In this document: one piece after another, positions 38,054 to 48,397 of the stretch | How positions within the stretch are numbered: position 1 is the stretch's first letter | Layout: each line of letters opens with the position of its first letter | Assembly: GCA_030527115.1 (NCBI GenBank) | Contig: JAUNBM010000003.1 | Span: 5,837 to 69,836, forward strand | DNA from: Clostridia bacterium | Lineage (GTDB): Bacteria > Bacillota > Clostridia > Christensenellales > CAG-138 | DNA: 64,000 bases | Reading direction: 5' to 3' | Notes under the pieces: model-generated | What the model saw: the letters and a program-made list of their open reading frames with translations, nothing else | The model's database searches: none | Told to the model about the DNA's origin: nothing | Made by a program: the position numbers and the translations under genes

Positions 38054-39186
38054 GCGCAATCTATATTCATATTCCCTATTGCCTGAAAAAATGCCTCTAT
38101 TGCGACTTCTGCTCCGTGCCGCTCGATTCGAGCGCCGAACAGTATTGCGGCGCGCTGAAAAGGGAGCTGGAGCTTCGCAGGGCGCAGTATGAGTTTAAAG
38201 CGGTGGAGACCGTGTTCTTCGGCGGCGGCACGCCCACAGTTCTGCCCGCCTGGGAGCTTACGAGCGTCCTTGACGAGATACGCAAGCTGTATCCGCTCGC
38301 GCCCGACGCCGAAATATCCATCGAGTGCAACCCCAAAACTGCGGATTTTCAAAGCCTGTGTGCGCTGAAAAGGGCGGGGTTTAACCGCCTGTCCATAGGA
38401 CTGCAGAGCGCCGACGATCATATCCTCTCGCTTATCGGGCGGGCGCACAGCTTTGCCGACTATCAAAGTACCTTAAATGCGGCGAAAGAGGCGGGCTTTA
38501 CCAATATCAATGTCGACGTTATGCACGGGCTTCCCCTGCAAAAGCAGGAGGCTTATCTCGATACGCTAAAAATCGTGTGCGACGCAGATATTCTGCATAT
38601 CTCCGCCTACAGCCTCATACTTGAGGAGGGGACGGAGCTGAAAAGGCTTGTAAAGGCGGGGCGGCTGCGCCTGCCCGATTCCGACGAAACCGCCGATATG
38701 CAGGACGCTGGGATGGAATATTTAAAGGAGCGCGGGTATATCCGGTATGAGGTGTCCAACTTTTCAAAGCAGGGCTATGCCTGCCGCCACAACCTGACCT
38801 ATTGGAACAACCGCCCCTATCTGGGCTTCGGCGTGGCGGCGCATTCCTCGCTTCCAAACGGACGGGCATGGGAGCGCTTTTCCAACGCCGAGAGCATAAA
38901 GGTATATTTGAAGCGGATTCGCGAGGGCAGGCTTCCGACGAACGAAACGATACGCTTGAATAAGGCGGAGCAGATGTTTGAAACCGTCATGCTGGGGCTG
39001 AGAAAGGTCGAGGGCATAAACAAGAAAGAATTTTTCGACCGCTTTGAAGTGGACATAGACGAGTATTTCCACGAGGCGATAGCTTCGGTTCGCGAGCAGG
39101 GCTGGTGGGAGGAGGACGAGAGCTTCCTGCGGCTGAACGCCCGCGGCATGGATATGCAAAACGCCGCGCTGTTGAAATTCAGATAA
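38050..39186 (+). CDS. hemW: radical-SAM heme chaperone HemW (HemN-like)
   Basis: [17 protein letters not shown] (CxxxCxxC). Canonical position after lepA. Confidence 0.9.
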   Translation: MSAIYIHIPYCLKKCLYCDFCSVPLDSSAEQYCGALKRELELRRAQYEFKAVETVFFGGGTPTVLPAWELTSVLDEIRKLYPLAPDAEISIECNPKTADFQSLCALKRAGFNRLSIGLQSADDHILSLIGRAHSFADYQSTLNAAKEAGFTNINVDVMHGLPLQKQEAYLDTLKIVCDADILHISAYSLILEEGTELKRLVKAGRLRLPDSDETADMQDAGMEYLKERGYIRYEVSNFSKQGYACRHNLTYWNNRPYLGFGVAAHSSLPNGRAWERFSNAESIKVYLKRIREGRLPTNETIRLNKAEQMFETVMLGLRKVEGINKKEFFDRFEVDIDEYFHEAIASVREQGWWEEDESFLRLNARGMDMQNAALLKFR

Positions 39187-39221
39187 ACATATCTTTTGCA
39201 ATTCAGGCACATAATAGCCGT

Positions 39222-40046
39222 GTGAAGAAATATCTCTGCCTGATTTTGATTTTCATAACGCTTATGGCGGGCTGTAAAACCGTCGAAAAGAGCGAGGCTC
39301 AACCGGGCTATCGCGAGGCGCTGGCGTTTGCCAAGGAGAGCCTGATTCCGGCGCTTGACGAGAAGCTCAACGGGCTGGTTTCCGCATATAACGGGCAAAG
39401 CGGCGAGACTTTAGCCGTCAGCTATTACAGCTTCTACGACCCCTATCTTCCGCTCACGTCCGGGCTTTGCGAGGACGAGCGGGTGATTGCGGCGTTGCAG
39501 GACGCCTATACGAGCCTTCACAGCGAGGCTTCGGTCATAAGGCGCGCCGATAACCTCTATGAGATCAGCTTTTCAGACGATGAAAAAGAGGTGCTGTTGA
39601 CCTGCGAATACCGGCCGTCGGACGGCGCTATTCAATGCCTGCGCTATATAGACGGGGAGTTTGAAGCTTTCTTCGACTTCGTTCCGCTGGGCGGCGACAG
39701 ATATGCCGTTTGCAGTTCCGACACGATGGCGATAGTGGCTTACAGCGGCGGCGAGATCACAAGCGCGCTGTATGCGAAGCTGAAATACAGCTATACTGCG
39801 AACGAGGAGATATACGACTCCGATATACGCCGCCTCCGCTATCCGGAGGACTCCTTTTTCCGCGCGGCTACCATAGACGAGAGCGCGATTTGGGACAGGA
39901 AGGAGGACTTGATGCACATAAGCGAGTGGGACGGGAATAGTTTAAGGGTGAGCCTCTGCCGCCCAAGCTATGTTTTCGACGAAAACCATACCTTCGTCAA
40001 GCGCGAATGGGAATGGCAGGACGATGTGACGATAACGGGGGAATGA
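39222..40046 (+). CDS. lipoprotein of unknown function
   Basis: GTG start. VKKYLCLILIFITLMAGCKT lipobox. The track ORF start at 39105 overlaps hemW. Confidence 0.6.
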   Translation: MKKYLCLILIFITLMAGCKTVEKSEAQPGYREALAFAKESLIPALDEKLNGLVSAYNGQSGETLAVSYYSFYDPYLPLTSGLCEDERVIAALQDAYTSLHSEASVIRRADNLYEISFSDDEKEVLLTCEYRPSDGAIQCLRYIDGEFEAFFDFVPLGGDRYAVCSSDTMAIVAYSGGEITSALYAKLKYSYTANEEIYDSDIRRLRYPEDSFFRAATIDESAIWDRKEDLMHISEWDGNSLRVSLCRPSYVFDENHTFVKREWEWQDDVTITGE

Positions 40047-40086
40047 TTATTTCACCGCGATTTCACAATTGCGACGCGGCACTTGC

Positions 40087-40115
40087 TTGACATTTTAGCA
40101 ATCAAGTGCTAATTT
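40087..40115 (+). promoter_or_regulatory. sigma-A promoter of the hrcA-grpE-dnaK-dnaJ operon
   Basis: TTGACA (40087-40092), 17 nt, TAATTT (40110-40115). Confidence 0.7.
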
Positions 40116-40126
40116 TTAGGTGATGA

Positions 40127-40153
40127 TTAGCACTCCCAAACGTTGAGTGCTAA
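40127..40153 (+). promoter_or_regulatory. CIRCE operator (HrcA binding site)
   Basis: TTAGCACTC-CCAAACGTT-GAGTGCTAA matches the consensus TTAGCACTC-N9-GAGTGCTAA perfectly. Confidence 0.95.
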
Positions 40154-40173
40154 ATTTTAGAAGGGAGAGCGGA

Positions 40174-41208
40174 ATGGAGCTGGATCAAAGAAAAATGCGC
40201 ATACTTCGCGCCATAATCGACGAGTATCTTCTTTCCGCTAACCCTGTCGGCTCGAAGGCTCTGAGCCGAAGCCACGAGTTCAACCTTTCGCCCGCCACGA
40301 TTCGCAACGAGATGGCTGATTTGGAGGATTTGGGCTATCTGGCTCAGCCGCATACTTCGGCGGGGCGCATCCCCTCCGACAAGGCGTACAGGCTTTATGT
40401 GGATAAGATGCTGACCCATGCCAAGCTTTCGGAGGACGAGGCGAAATCCATACTGAGCTACTGCAATACCCGGGTCGATGGAATCCGTTCGGTTATGAAG
40501 GGGACGGCGAAAGCGCTTTCCGAGATTACGCATTACACCGCCATGGTGCTGATGCCCGAGCTTGCCGCGAACCGGCTCCGCCATATTCAGCTCGTTCCGC
40601 TCACCGAGGGCTACGCCCTGCTCGTGGTAGTTACCGACGCTGGGGTTGCCAAGGACGCGGTGGTTGAGATTCCGAGCGATATGACGGTTTCGGAGCTGGA
40701 GAGCATCTCGCGGCAGATTACGGCAAGGTTTTACAACAGCCGCATGACGACCGTTGCAGACCGGATAATGAGCGAGCTGGGAAGGGAAGTGGAGAGCCGC
40801 CGCGGCTTCGTTGCGGATCTTACCGAGTCGATTCGCAGGAGTACGGCGTCCGGCGCGCATTCGGTGGAGCTTTTCGGAGCGACCAATATGCTAAAGTATC
40901 CGGAGTACAGCGACGTTGGCAAGGCGCAAAGCTTTCTCGCCATAGTTGAGGGCAGGGAGCCGCTGTACAACCTTTTGAAGAAGGCGAGCGTACTGGAGTT
41001 TTCGGTCACGATAGGCAGGGAGAATGAGATGGATGAGCTTTCCGACTGTAGCGTCGTTACCGCTACATATAAGATAGGCGACTTGCCCGTCGGTTCCTTC
41101 GGCGTTATCGGCCCTACGCGAATGGACTATGCGAGGGTGCTTTCGGTTCTCGAATGTATGCGCGGGGGACTTGGCGAGGTATTGACCAATTTATTGGAGG
41201 AGGATTAG
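40174..41208 (+). CDS. hrcA: heat-inducible transcription repressor HrcA
   Basis: MELDQRKMRILRAIIDEYLLSANPVGSKALS...SPATIRNEMADLEDLGYL. Confidence 0.95.
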   Translation: MELDQRKMRILRAIIDEYLLSANPVGSKALSRSHEFNLSPATIRNEMADLEDLGYLAQPHTSAGRIPSDKAYRLYVDKMLTHAKLSEDEAKSILSYCNTRVDGIRSVMKGTAKALSEITHYTAMVLMPELAANRLRHIQLVPLTEGYALLVVVTDAGVAKDAVVEIPSDMTVSELESISRQITARFYNSRMTTVADRIMSELGREVESRRGFVADLTESIRRSTASGAHSVELFGATNMLKYPEYSDVGKAQSFLAIVEGREPLYNLLKKASVLEFSVTIGRENEMDELSDCSVVTATYKIGDLPVGSFGVIGPTRMDYARVLSVLECMRGGLGEVLTNLLEED

Positions 41209-41211
41209 GCT

Positions 41212-41757
41212 TTGGCAAAAAAGACTAAGGACAACAACGAGGCCGTGGACGCGCAGGTTGAGGCTGCTGAGGAGCCGGAGACCTATACGCTGACGCGGGA
41301 GGAGATGGAGCAGGCCAGGGAGCATATCGAGGGACTGCAGAAGGAGCGGGACGAGATGGTTGAGCTTTTAAAGCGCACCCAGGCGGATTTCGACAACTAT
41401 CGCAAAAGAAACGCTCAGATACGGCTCGACAGCTTCGAAGATGGCAAGCGCGAGTGCATCGCCCAACTGCTTCCGGCTTTGGACGATTTTGAGCGGATGC
41501 TTGAGAGCGGGGACGACAGCTCGAATGCATGGATGGAGGGCGTAAAGCTCGTGTATAAAAAGCTTACGGACGCATTGAAAGCGCAGGGCTTGAGTGAAAT
41601 TGAGACGGAAGGTAAGTTTGATCCGTCCGTCCACAATGCGGTTCTGACCGAAGCCGTGGAGGGCAGGGAGGCCGGAGAGGTGCTTCAGGTGTTTCAAAAG
41701 GGCTATAAGGCCGGCGACCGCGTGATAAGGCCCGCCATGGTTAAGGTATCACAGTAG
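41212..41757 (+). CDS. grpE: nucleotide exchange factor GrpE
   Basis: TTG start after GGAGGAGG. RTQADFDNYRKR and FDPSVHNAV. Confidence 0.93.
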   Translation: MAKKTKDNNEAVDAQVEAAEEPETYTLTREEMEQAREHIEGLQKERDEMVELLKRTQADFDNYRKRNAQIRLDSFEDGKRECIAQLLPALDDFERMLESGDDSSNAWMEGVKLVYKKLTDALKAQGLSEIETEGKFDPSVHNAVLTEAVEGREAGEVLQVFQKGYKAGDRVIRPAMVKVSQ

Positions 41758-41829
41758 GCAACAAACAAGATTTTCTTGTATTGCATAGAAAAAATGAGAA
41801 AGCGTAGAAATTATTAGGAGGCTTGAATT

Positions 41830-43668
41830 ATGGGTAAAATTATTGGAATTGATCTTGGAACAACAAACTCTTGCGTCGCCATCTTGGAGGGCGGCGAACC
41901 CGTGGTAATCCCCAATTCCGAGGGATCAAGAACCACGCCGTCGGTCGTGGCGTTCAAGGATAACGAAAGACTTGTCGGAACGATCGCAAAGAATCAGGCG
42001 ATAACCAACTCGGAGCGCACCATCTCGTCGATCAAGCGCGAAATGGGCTCCTCCTACAAGGTTAAGATAGACGGAAAGGAATATACCCCGCAGGAGATTT
42101 CCGCCATGATTCTGCAAAAGCTCAAGACGGAAGCCGAAAACTATCTCGGAGAAAAGGTCACGCAGGCGGTTATCACGGTTCCCGCTTACTTCACCGACAG
42201 CCAGCGTCAGGCGACAAAGGATGCGGGAAGGATTGCGGGACTGGAGGTGCTCCGTATAATCAACGAGCCCACGGCGGCGGCGCTCGCCTATGGCTTGGAT
42301 AAGGAAACCAACCAAAAGATTCTGGTGTACGATCTCGGCGGCGGCACGTTCGACGTTTCGATTCTCGAAATAGGCGACGGAGTTTTCGAGGTTCTGGCGA
42401 CTGCCGGCAACAACAGGCTGGGCGGCGACGACTTTGATAAGCGGCTGATGGAGTATATCGCCGGCGAATACAGGCGCACCAACGGCATCAACCTGCTTCA
42501 GGATAAGATGGCGACCCAGCGATTGAAGGAGGCGGCGGAGAAGGCGAAGATCGAGTTGAGCGGAGTTATGCAGGCGCACGTCAACCTCCCGTTCATCACG
42601 ATGGATGCGAGCGGGCCTAAGCACCTCGACATGACAATCACCCGCGCTAAGTTCAACGAGCTTATCGCCGACCTGATCGACCAAACCAGGGTTTGCGTCC
42701 AAAAAGCGATGCAGGACGCCGCTTTGAGCAACTCGCAGATAGATAAGGTCATCCTAGTGGGCGGCTCGTCGAGGATTCCCGCCGTTCAGGATATGGTTAA
42801 GAACATTATCGGCAAGGATCCCTTCAAGGGAATCAATCCCGACGAATGCGTTGCAATCGGCGCGGCTATTCAGGGCGGCGTTCTCGGCGGCGAGGTCAAG
42901 GATATCCTGTTGCTCGACGTCACGCCCCTGTCGCTCGGTATTGAGACCGTCGGCGGAGTGTTTACCCGCTTAATCGAGCGGAACACCACGATTCCGACCA
43001 AAAAGAGCCAGATATTCTCAACCGCCGCCGATGGGCAGACCAGCGTTGAGGTTCATGTTCTGCAGGGCGAGCGCGAGATGGCGCAGTACAACAAATCCCT
43101 CGGCAGGTTCCAGCTTGCCGGAATCGCGCCCGCGCCCAGAGGCGTGCCGCAGATTGAGGTTACCTTCGATATCGACGCAAACGGCATCGTTCACGTTTCG
43201 GCAAAGGATCTCGGAACCGGCAACCAACAGCAGGTGACGATAACTGCCTCGTCCAACCTTAACGAGGACGAGATTAAAAAAGCGGTCGAGGACGCGGAGA
43301 GGTTTGCCGCCGAGGACAAGAAGAACAAGGAGGCGGTTGAAGCCAAGAACCATGCCGACCAGCTCATTTATACGACCGAAAAGACGCTCAAGGAGATGGG
43401 CGACAAGGTTTCCGCAGACGACAAGTCCAAGCTGGAGGGCGGGATAGCCGAGCTGAAGAAGGCCGTTGAAAGCAACGACAGCGAAAGGATCAAGTCCGAG
43501 ACCGAAAAGCTCACCGAGATGAGCTATGAGGTGTTTGGCAAGGTTTACCAGCAGGCGGCGGCTGAGGCTCAGGCGCAACAGCAGGCGGCGGGCCAGCAGG
43601 CTCAGAACGAGCCGCCCAAGGACGATAACGTTGTCGACGCCGACTACGAAGTGGTTGACGATAAATAA
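41830..43668 (+). CDS. dnaK: molecular chaperone DnaK
   Basis: [32 protein letters not shown]. Confidence 0.98.
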   Translation: MGKIIGIDLGTTNSCVAILEGGEPVVIPNSEGSRTTPSVVAFKDNERLVGTIAKNQAITNSERTISSIKREMGSSYKVKIDGKEYTPQEISAMILQKLKTEAENYLGEKVTQAVITVPAYFTDSQRQATKDAGRIAGLEVLRIINEPTAAALAYGLDKETNQKILVYDLGGGTFDVSILEIGDGVFEVLATAGNNRLGGDDFDKRLMEYIAGEYRRTNGINLLQDKMATQRLKEAAEKAKIELSGVMQAHVNLPFITMDASGPKHLDMTITRAKFNELIADLIDQTRVCVQKAMQDAALSNSQIDKVILVGGSSRIPAVQDMVKNIIGKDPFKGINPDECVAIGAAIQGGVLGGEVKDILLLDVTPLSLGIETVGGVFTRLIERNTTIPTKKSQIFSTAADGQTSVEVHVLQGEREMAQYNKSLGRFQLAGIAPAPRGVPQIEVTFDIDANGIVHVSAKDLGTGNQQQVTITASSNLNEDEIKKAVEDAERFAAEDKKNKEAVEAKNHADQLIYTTEKTLKEMGDKVSADDKSKLEGGIAELKKAVESNDSERIKSETEKLTEMSYEVFGKVYQQAAAEAQAQQQAAGQQAQNEPPKDDNVVDADYEVVDDK

Positions 43669-43737
43669 AACGGAGCTAATAAAAGAAGAAAGCCGGCGGC
43701 GGGGAGACGCTCCCCGCTTCGGCATGGGGAATAGGTA

Positions 43738-44868
43738 GTGGCGGAAAAAAGAGATTATTATGCGGTGCTGGGCGTTGAAAAGAACGCGACCGAGAATGAA
43801 ATAAAGAGTGCGTTTCGGAAGCGGGCGAAGGACTGTCATCCGGATTTGCATCCCGACGACAAGGCAAAGGAAGCCGAGTTCAAGGAGCTGAACGAGGCTT
43901 ACGCCGTGCTGTCCGACAGCGAGAAGCGCTCCAAATACGACCAGTTCGGCCATGCGGCATTCGATCCTTCGATGGGCGGCGGCAATCCTTTCGCGGGATT
44001 CAACGGGGCGGACTTCGATTTCGGCGGCTTCGGAGATATATTCAGCAGCTTTTTCGGCGGCGGGTTCTCGTCCGGCTCCGTCAACCGGAATACTCCGATG
44101 GCGGGCGACGATCTGCGCTATTCTATGACCATAAGCTTCGAGGAAGCCGCCTTTGGCGTGACCAAGGAGATATTGATTCCGCGCGAGGAGGCCTGCTCCG
44201 CCTGCAAGGGCTCGGGAGCGAAGGCGGGAACCACTCCGGTGCGCTGTACGAGTTGCAACGGAACCGGCAGGGTGCGCGTCCAGCAGAACACCTTTATGGG
44301 AGCGATAACCTCAACCCGTGACTGCCCCAACTGCCGCGGAACGGGCCAGATAATCAAGGAACCCTGCCCCGAATGCAAGGGGAAGGGGCGCGTGCGCAAG
44401 TCGGCGCGGGTTCAGCTAAAGATTCCCGCCGGAATCGATGACGGGCAGACGCTCAATCTTCGCGGAGAGGGCGAAGCCGGCTACCGGGGCGGCCCCCGGG
44501 GCAACCTCTATGTCACCATCAGCGTCCGCCCGCATAAGCTGTTTACCCGCAGGGGCTACGACCTCTTGCTGAGACTGCCCATCCCCTATACGACTGCGGC
44601 GCTGGGCGGCGAGATAACCGTACCTACCCTGTCGGGGCAGGTGAAATACAACGTTCCGTCCGGTACGCCCAGCGAAACGGTATTCCGGCTCCGCGACCAG
44701 GGAGTTCAGCGGCTGAATTCCAACGGCAAAGGCGATCTGCTCGTTACCGTAACCGTGGACGTTCCAAAGAAGCTGAGCGACGAGGAGAAAGAACTGTTGC
44801 GCCGGCTTTCCGAACTGCAAAGCGGGGCGCAACCGAACAAAGGCAAGAAGGGATTTTTTAAGAAGTAA
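43738..44868 (+). CDS. dnaJ: molecular chaperone DnaJ
   Basis: GTG start. KRDYYAVLGV...HPD J-domain, G/F region, four CxxCxGxG zinc motifs. Confidence 0.96.
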   Translation: MAEKRDYYAVLGVEKNATENEIKSAFRKRAKDCHPDLHPDDKAKEAEFKELNEAYAVLSDSEKRSKYDQFGHAAFDPSMGGGNPFAGFNGADFDFGGFGDIFSSFFGGGFSSGSVNRNTPMAGDDLRYSMTISFEEAAFGVTKEILIPREEACSACKGSGAKAGTTPVRCTSCNGTGRVRVQQNTFMGAITSTRDCPNCRGTGQIIKEPCPECKGKGRVRKSARVQLKIPAGIDDGQTLNLRGEGEAGYRGGPRGNLYVTISVRPHKLFTRRGYDLLLRLPIPYTTAALGGEITVPTLSGQVKYNVPSGTPSETVFRLRDQGVQRLNSNGKGDLLVTVTVDVPKKLSDEEKELLRRLSELQSGAQPNKGKKGFFKK

Positions 44869-46068
44869 TCAGTCGACCCCCCAAAAAAGCTGGTGTCCAT
44901 AGGAATCGACCAGATGTATTACAGCTTCCCCATCGCGGGGGAGCTGTAGTTTTATCGGAAGCCGGGGATGGCAGTTGGTTTCGACCGGATAGAAGCAGTT
45001 CCCCTTAACCGTGCCGATGGCGGCATAGACCGGCGGAGAGCCGGCGCCGTTGAGATTCAGGCTCTTGACGGAGGCAAAGCGGTGCGCCCCCCTTTTGATT
45101 ATCTCAAAGTCCAGCTCTGCTTCGCACATATCCTTTGGATAGGAGAGCGTCAGCTCCGTGGAAGCCGTTCCGCTAAGATCTATTAAACTGCCCAGCGACA
45201 GCAATCGTTTGCGAATCGTATAGAGCGAGACGGGGGAGGCGTCGACGGCAACGAATCTGCGGTTAAGCTTCGAGGCGACGGCGGCGGTAGTTCCGCTCCC
45301 CGAAAATAGATCCATAACAGTATCGCCTTCCTTCGAGGAGGAAAGGATTATCCGCTGGAGCAACGCTTCGGGCTTTTGAGTGGCGTAGCCTAAACGTTCC
45401 TTGTCCTTCTGTTGCAGATGCTCGATATCGTCCCAAACGTCGGTCGGGAAGATAAGCGAGTCCTCATAATATTTATACAGCTTGCCGTTGCTCCGGATGG
45501 AGAAGCCCACGCGCCCGTCCTCGTCGACAAAGCGCTTCATATGGTTTCTGCGCTCAGCGCCCCGGGGCTTACCAACGGCTCGGATATCGAAGTATACCTT
45601 GCGGCTTTTGCGATAGAACAGAATAACGTCGTGCTTTCGCGGGAAATAGCGCGTGCTTCTGCCGCCGGACTTGTAGCTCCAGATTATCTCGTTCATGAAG
45701 TTATCCTCGGAAAAGATATCGTCCAGCAGGAGCTTTAAATGCGCGTGCATACGATAATCTATATGCAGGTACAGCGAGCCGGAAGGCGCGAGCATCTCGT
45801 GGCAGGCCTTCAGGATGGAGCGCATCCATTGGAGGTATTCGTCCCTCGGCATCTGATCCTGATACAGGGGAATCTTGACTGCGCGCTGACCCTTGCCGAG
45901 CTTCATCGAAAACGTATCGCCTGTTCCGAACGGCGGGTCGAGGTAGATGAGCTGGATGCTGTTCTTGTAGGACTTTTTAAGCTTTGACAGGCTCTTTTCC
46001 GTGTCTGCGAGGAAAAACCGGCCGAAGCCTCCCGCTAAATGACGTTCTTCGCCGCAATAGTATCGCAT
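44869..46068 (-). CDS. site-specific DNA methyltransferase, N6_N4_Mtase family, beta-class motif order, with a ~110-aa extra C-terminal domain
   Basis: IYLDPPFGTG (motif IV) lies near the N-terminus. YATQKPEALLQRII and DLFSGSGTTAAVA (motif I) come later. No endonuclease gene is nearby. Confidence 0.8.
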   Translation of the reverse strand: MRYYCGEERHLAGGFGRFFLADTEKSLSKLKKSYKNSIQLIYLDPPFGTGDTFSMKLGKGQRAVKIPLYQDQMPRDEYLQWMRSILKACHEMLAPSGSLYLHIDYRMHAHLKLLLDDIFSEDNFMNEIIWSYKSGGRSTRYFPRKHDVILFYRKSRKVYFDIRAVGKPRGAERRNHMKRFVDEDGRVGFSIRSNGKLYKYYEDSLIFPTDVWDDIEHLQQKDKERLGYATQKPEALLQRIILSSSKEGDTVMDLFSGSGTTAAVASKLNRRFVAVDASPVSLYTIRKRLLSLGSLIDLSGTASTELTLSYPKDMCEAELDFEIIKRGAHRFASVKSLNLNGAGSPPVYAAIGTVKGNCFYPVETNCHPRLPIKLQLPRDGEAVIHLVDSYGHQLFWGVD

Positions 46069-46262
46069 AGGCCCCTCCTTGTATTTTTATACCATCATTT
46101 TACTATATGTGGGGGACTGATTACAAGTGTCAATACAATATTTTGTTTTAAAAAATCGTCATATTTCGTGTTTTCCTAAGCATAGTCATTTAAATGGGGG
46201 GTTGACTTTTATATATTATTGTGCTAACTTAGACGCGGAATTTGACTTGTTGGGAGGATAGG

Positions 46263-46982
46263 ATGAAAGTATTTATCGGCTCTGCGGAGCAGGTGGCGAA
46301 GGAAGCCGCAAAGAGGTATGTTGAACTGTTAAACAAAAAACCGAACGCAGTATTGGGGTATGCAACGGGCTCGACCCCGCTCGGGCTGTATTCCGAGCTG
46401 ATCCGCCTGAATCAGGCGGGAGCGTTTTCCTATAAGGAGGCGACCACCTTCAACCTGGACGAGTATGTAGGGCTCGACGGTTCGCACGATCAATCCTACC
46501 GCTATTTCATGAACGAGAACCTGTTTAACCATGTGGATATAGACAAGAGCAGAACTTTCGTTCCCTCGGGACTGGACACTTCCGCCGAGACCGCCGCCGC
46601 CTATGACGAGGCTATCGAGAAGGCGGGCGGAATCGACATCCAGCTCCTCGGCATCGGCAACAACGGGCACATCGGATTCAACGAGCCGGGAACTCCGTTC
46701 TCAAGCAAAACGCATATGGTGGAGCTGACCCAAAACACCCGAGAGGTGAACTCCCGCTTCTTCAAGAGCATCGACGAGGTTCCCACCCATGCGGTAACGA
46801 TGGGCGTAAAAACCGTTATGAACGCCAAGAGCATAATCTTAATCGCGTTGGGCAAGGCGAAAGCTCCGATAATCAGGGAGACTATTATGGGCGAGGTTAC
46901 GCCGGAAGTTCCCGCTTCGGTGCTTCAACTGCACCCATTTGTTGAGATTTACCTGGATGAAGAAGCAGCGTCCCTGCTTTAA
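46263..46982 (+). CDS. nagB: glucosamine-6-phosphate deaminase
   Basis: ATG follows GGGAGGATAGG. LGYATGSTPLGLY, FNLDEY, GIGNNGHIGFNEPG. Confidence 0.92.
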   Translation: MKVFIGSAEQVAKEAAKRYVELLNKKPNAVLGYATGSTPLGLYSELIRLNQAGAFSYKEATTFNLDEYVGLDGSHDQSYRYFMNENLFNHVDIDKSRTFVPSGLDTSAETAAAYDEAIEKAGGIDIQLLGIGNNGHIGFNEPGTPFSSKTHMVELTQNTREVNSRFFKSIDEVPTHAVTMGVKTVMNAKSIILIALGKAKAPIIRETIMGEVTPEVPASVLQLHPFVEIYLDEEAASLL

Positions 46983-47044
46983 TATATAGAAAGCCAAAGA
47001 ATACCGTCGCCAGCGACGGTATTCTGTAAGATAGGAGGATATGT

Positions 47045-48397
47045 ATGTCAAAATATTTCGGAACGGACGGGTTCAGAGGGGACGCGAATGTCGATCTGAC
47101 CGTCAACCACGCCTTTGAGATAGGAAGGTTTTTGGGTTACTACTATGGAAAAGAGCATAAGGCGAGGATAGTAATCGGCAAGGATACCCGCAGATCCAGC
47201 TATATGTTCGAGTGCGCGCTGGCGGCGGGGCTTACCGCGTCGGGCGCAGACGCTTACCTGTTGCACGTTACGACTACGCCAAGCGTTTCCTATGTAGCCA
47301 GGACTGAGGACTTCGACTGCGGAATTATGATATCGGCAAGTCATAATCCGTATCATGATAACGGAATTAAGCTCCTCAACTGCAACGGCGAGAAGATGGA
47401 GGACTCCATAATCGACGAGGTCGAGAGGCATCTCGACGGCGAATACGGGGAGCTTCCGCTGGCTTGCGGCGAGAGGATAGGCAAGGTAATCGACCATGTT
47501 GCGGGCAGAAACCGCTATGTCGGCTATCTTATCTCGCTTGCAACGCAGTCCTATAAGGACGTTAAGGTTGGGCTCGACTGCGCCAACGGCAGTACCTGGA
47601 TGATAGCCAAGAGCGTCTTTGAGGCGCTGGGCGCGGAAACCTACGTTATAAACAACACGCCTAACGGCTCGAACATAAATCGCGACTGCGGCTCCACGCA
47701 TATCGAACAGCTCCAATCGCTCGTGCGCGAGAACAAGCTCGACGTGGGCTTCGCCTTTGACGGGGATGCCGATCGTTGCCTTGCGGTGGATGAGCATGGT
47801 GAAATCGTGAACGGCGATAAGATTATGTATATCTACGCCTGCTATATGAAGGAGCGCGATAAGCTCGCGAACAACACCGTGGTTACAACGGTCATGTCGA
47901 ATTTCGGCCTGTATAAGGCGCTCGATAAGGCGGGAATAGGCTACGAAAAGACCAAGGTCGGGGATAAATACGTCTATGAGAATATGCGCGAAAACGGCCA
48001 TCTTATCGGCGGCGAGCAGTCGGGGCATATCATCTTCTCGAAGTACGCCAATACCGGCGACGGCATCTTGACCGCCATCAAGGTTATGCAGGCGATGCTG
48101 GCGAAGAAGACTACGCTTTCCGAGCTTGCCAAGCCGGTTTCGATGTACCCGCAGGTGCTGAAGAACGTCAAGGTTACCGACAAGGAAGCCACCCTGAACA
48201 ACGAGCTGGTGCTTGCCGAGGTTAAGGCGGTCGAGGAAAGGCTCGGTGAAAACGGAAGGATTCTGCTTCGCGCAAGCGGAACCGAGCCGGTTCTGCGAGT
48301 GATGGTGGAGGCGGGAACGCATGAGCTTTGCGAGGAGAATGTCGACGCGGTGATAGCGGCGATGAACGAGGCGGGACTTTTGATAGGAGTGAAATGA
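47045..48397 (+). CDS. glmM: phosphoglucosamine mutase
   Basis: MSKYFGTDGFRG, ISASHNPYHDNGIK (phosphoserine loop), FDGDADR. Confidence 0.95.
   Translation: MSKYFGTDGFRGDANVDLTVNHAFEIGRFLGYYYGKEHKARIVIGKDTRRSSYMFECALAAGLTASGADAYLLHVTTTPSVSYVARTEDFDCGIMISASHNPYHDNGIKLLNCNGEKMEDSIIDEVERHLDGEYGELPLACGERIGKVIDHVAGRNRYVGYLISLATQSYKDVKVGLDCANGSTWMIAKSVFEALGAETYVINNTPNGSNINRDCGSTHIEQLQSLVRENKLDVGFAFDGDADRCLAVDEHGEIVNGDKIMYIYACYMKERDKLANNTVVTTVMSNFGLYKALDKAGIGYEKTKVGDKYVYENMRENGHLIGGEQSGHIIFSKYANTGDGILTAIKVMQAMLAKKTTLSELAKPVSMYPQVLKNVKVTDKEATLNNELVLAEVKAVEERLGENGRILLRASGTEPVLRVMVEAGTHELCEENVDAVIAAMNEAGLLIGVK

Noticed and set aside
47048-48322. A 424-aa minus-strand ORF.
   Set aside because: It is antisense to glmM, which has the phosphoserine loop and GDADR motifs. 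The sequence is Arg/His/Leu-rich with no recognisable domain.
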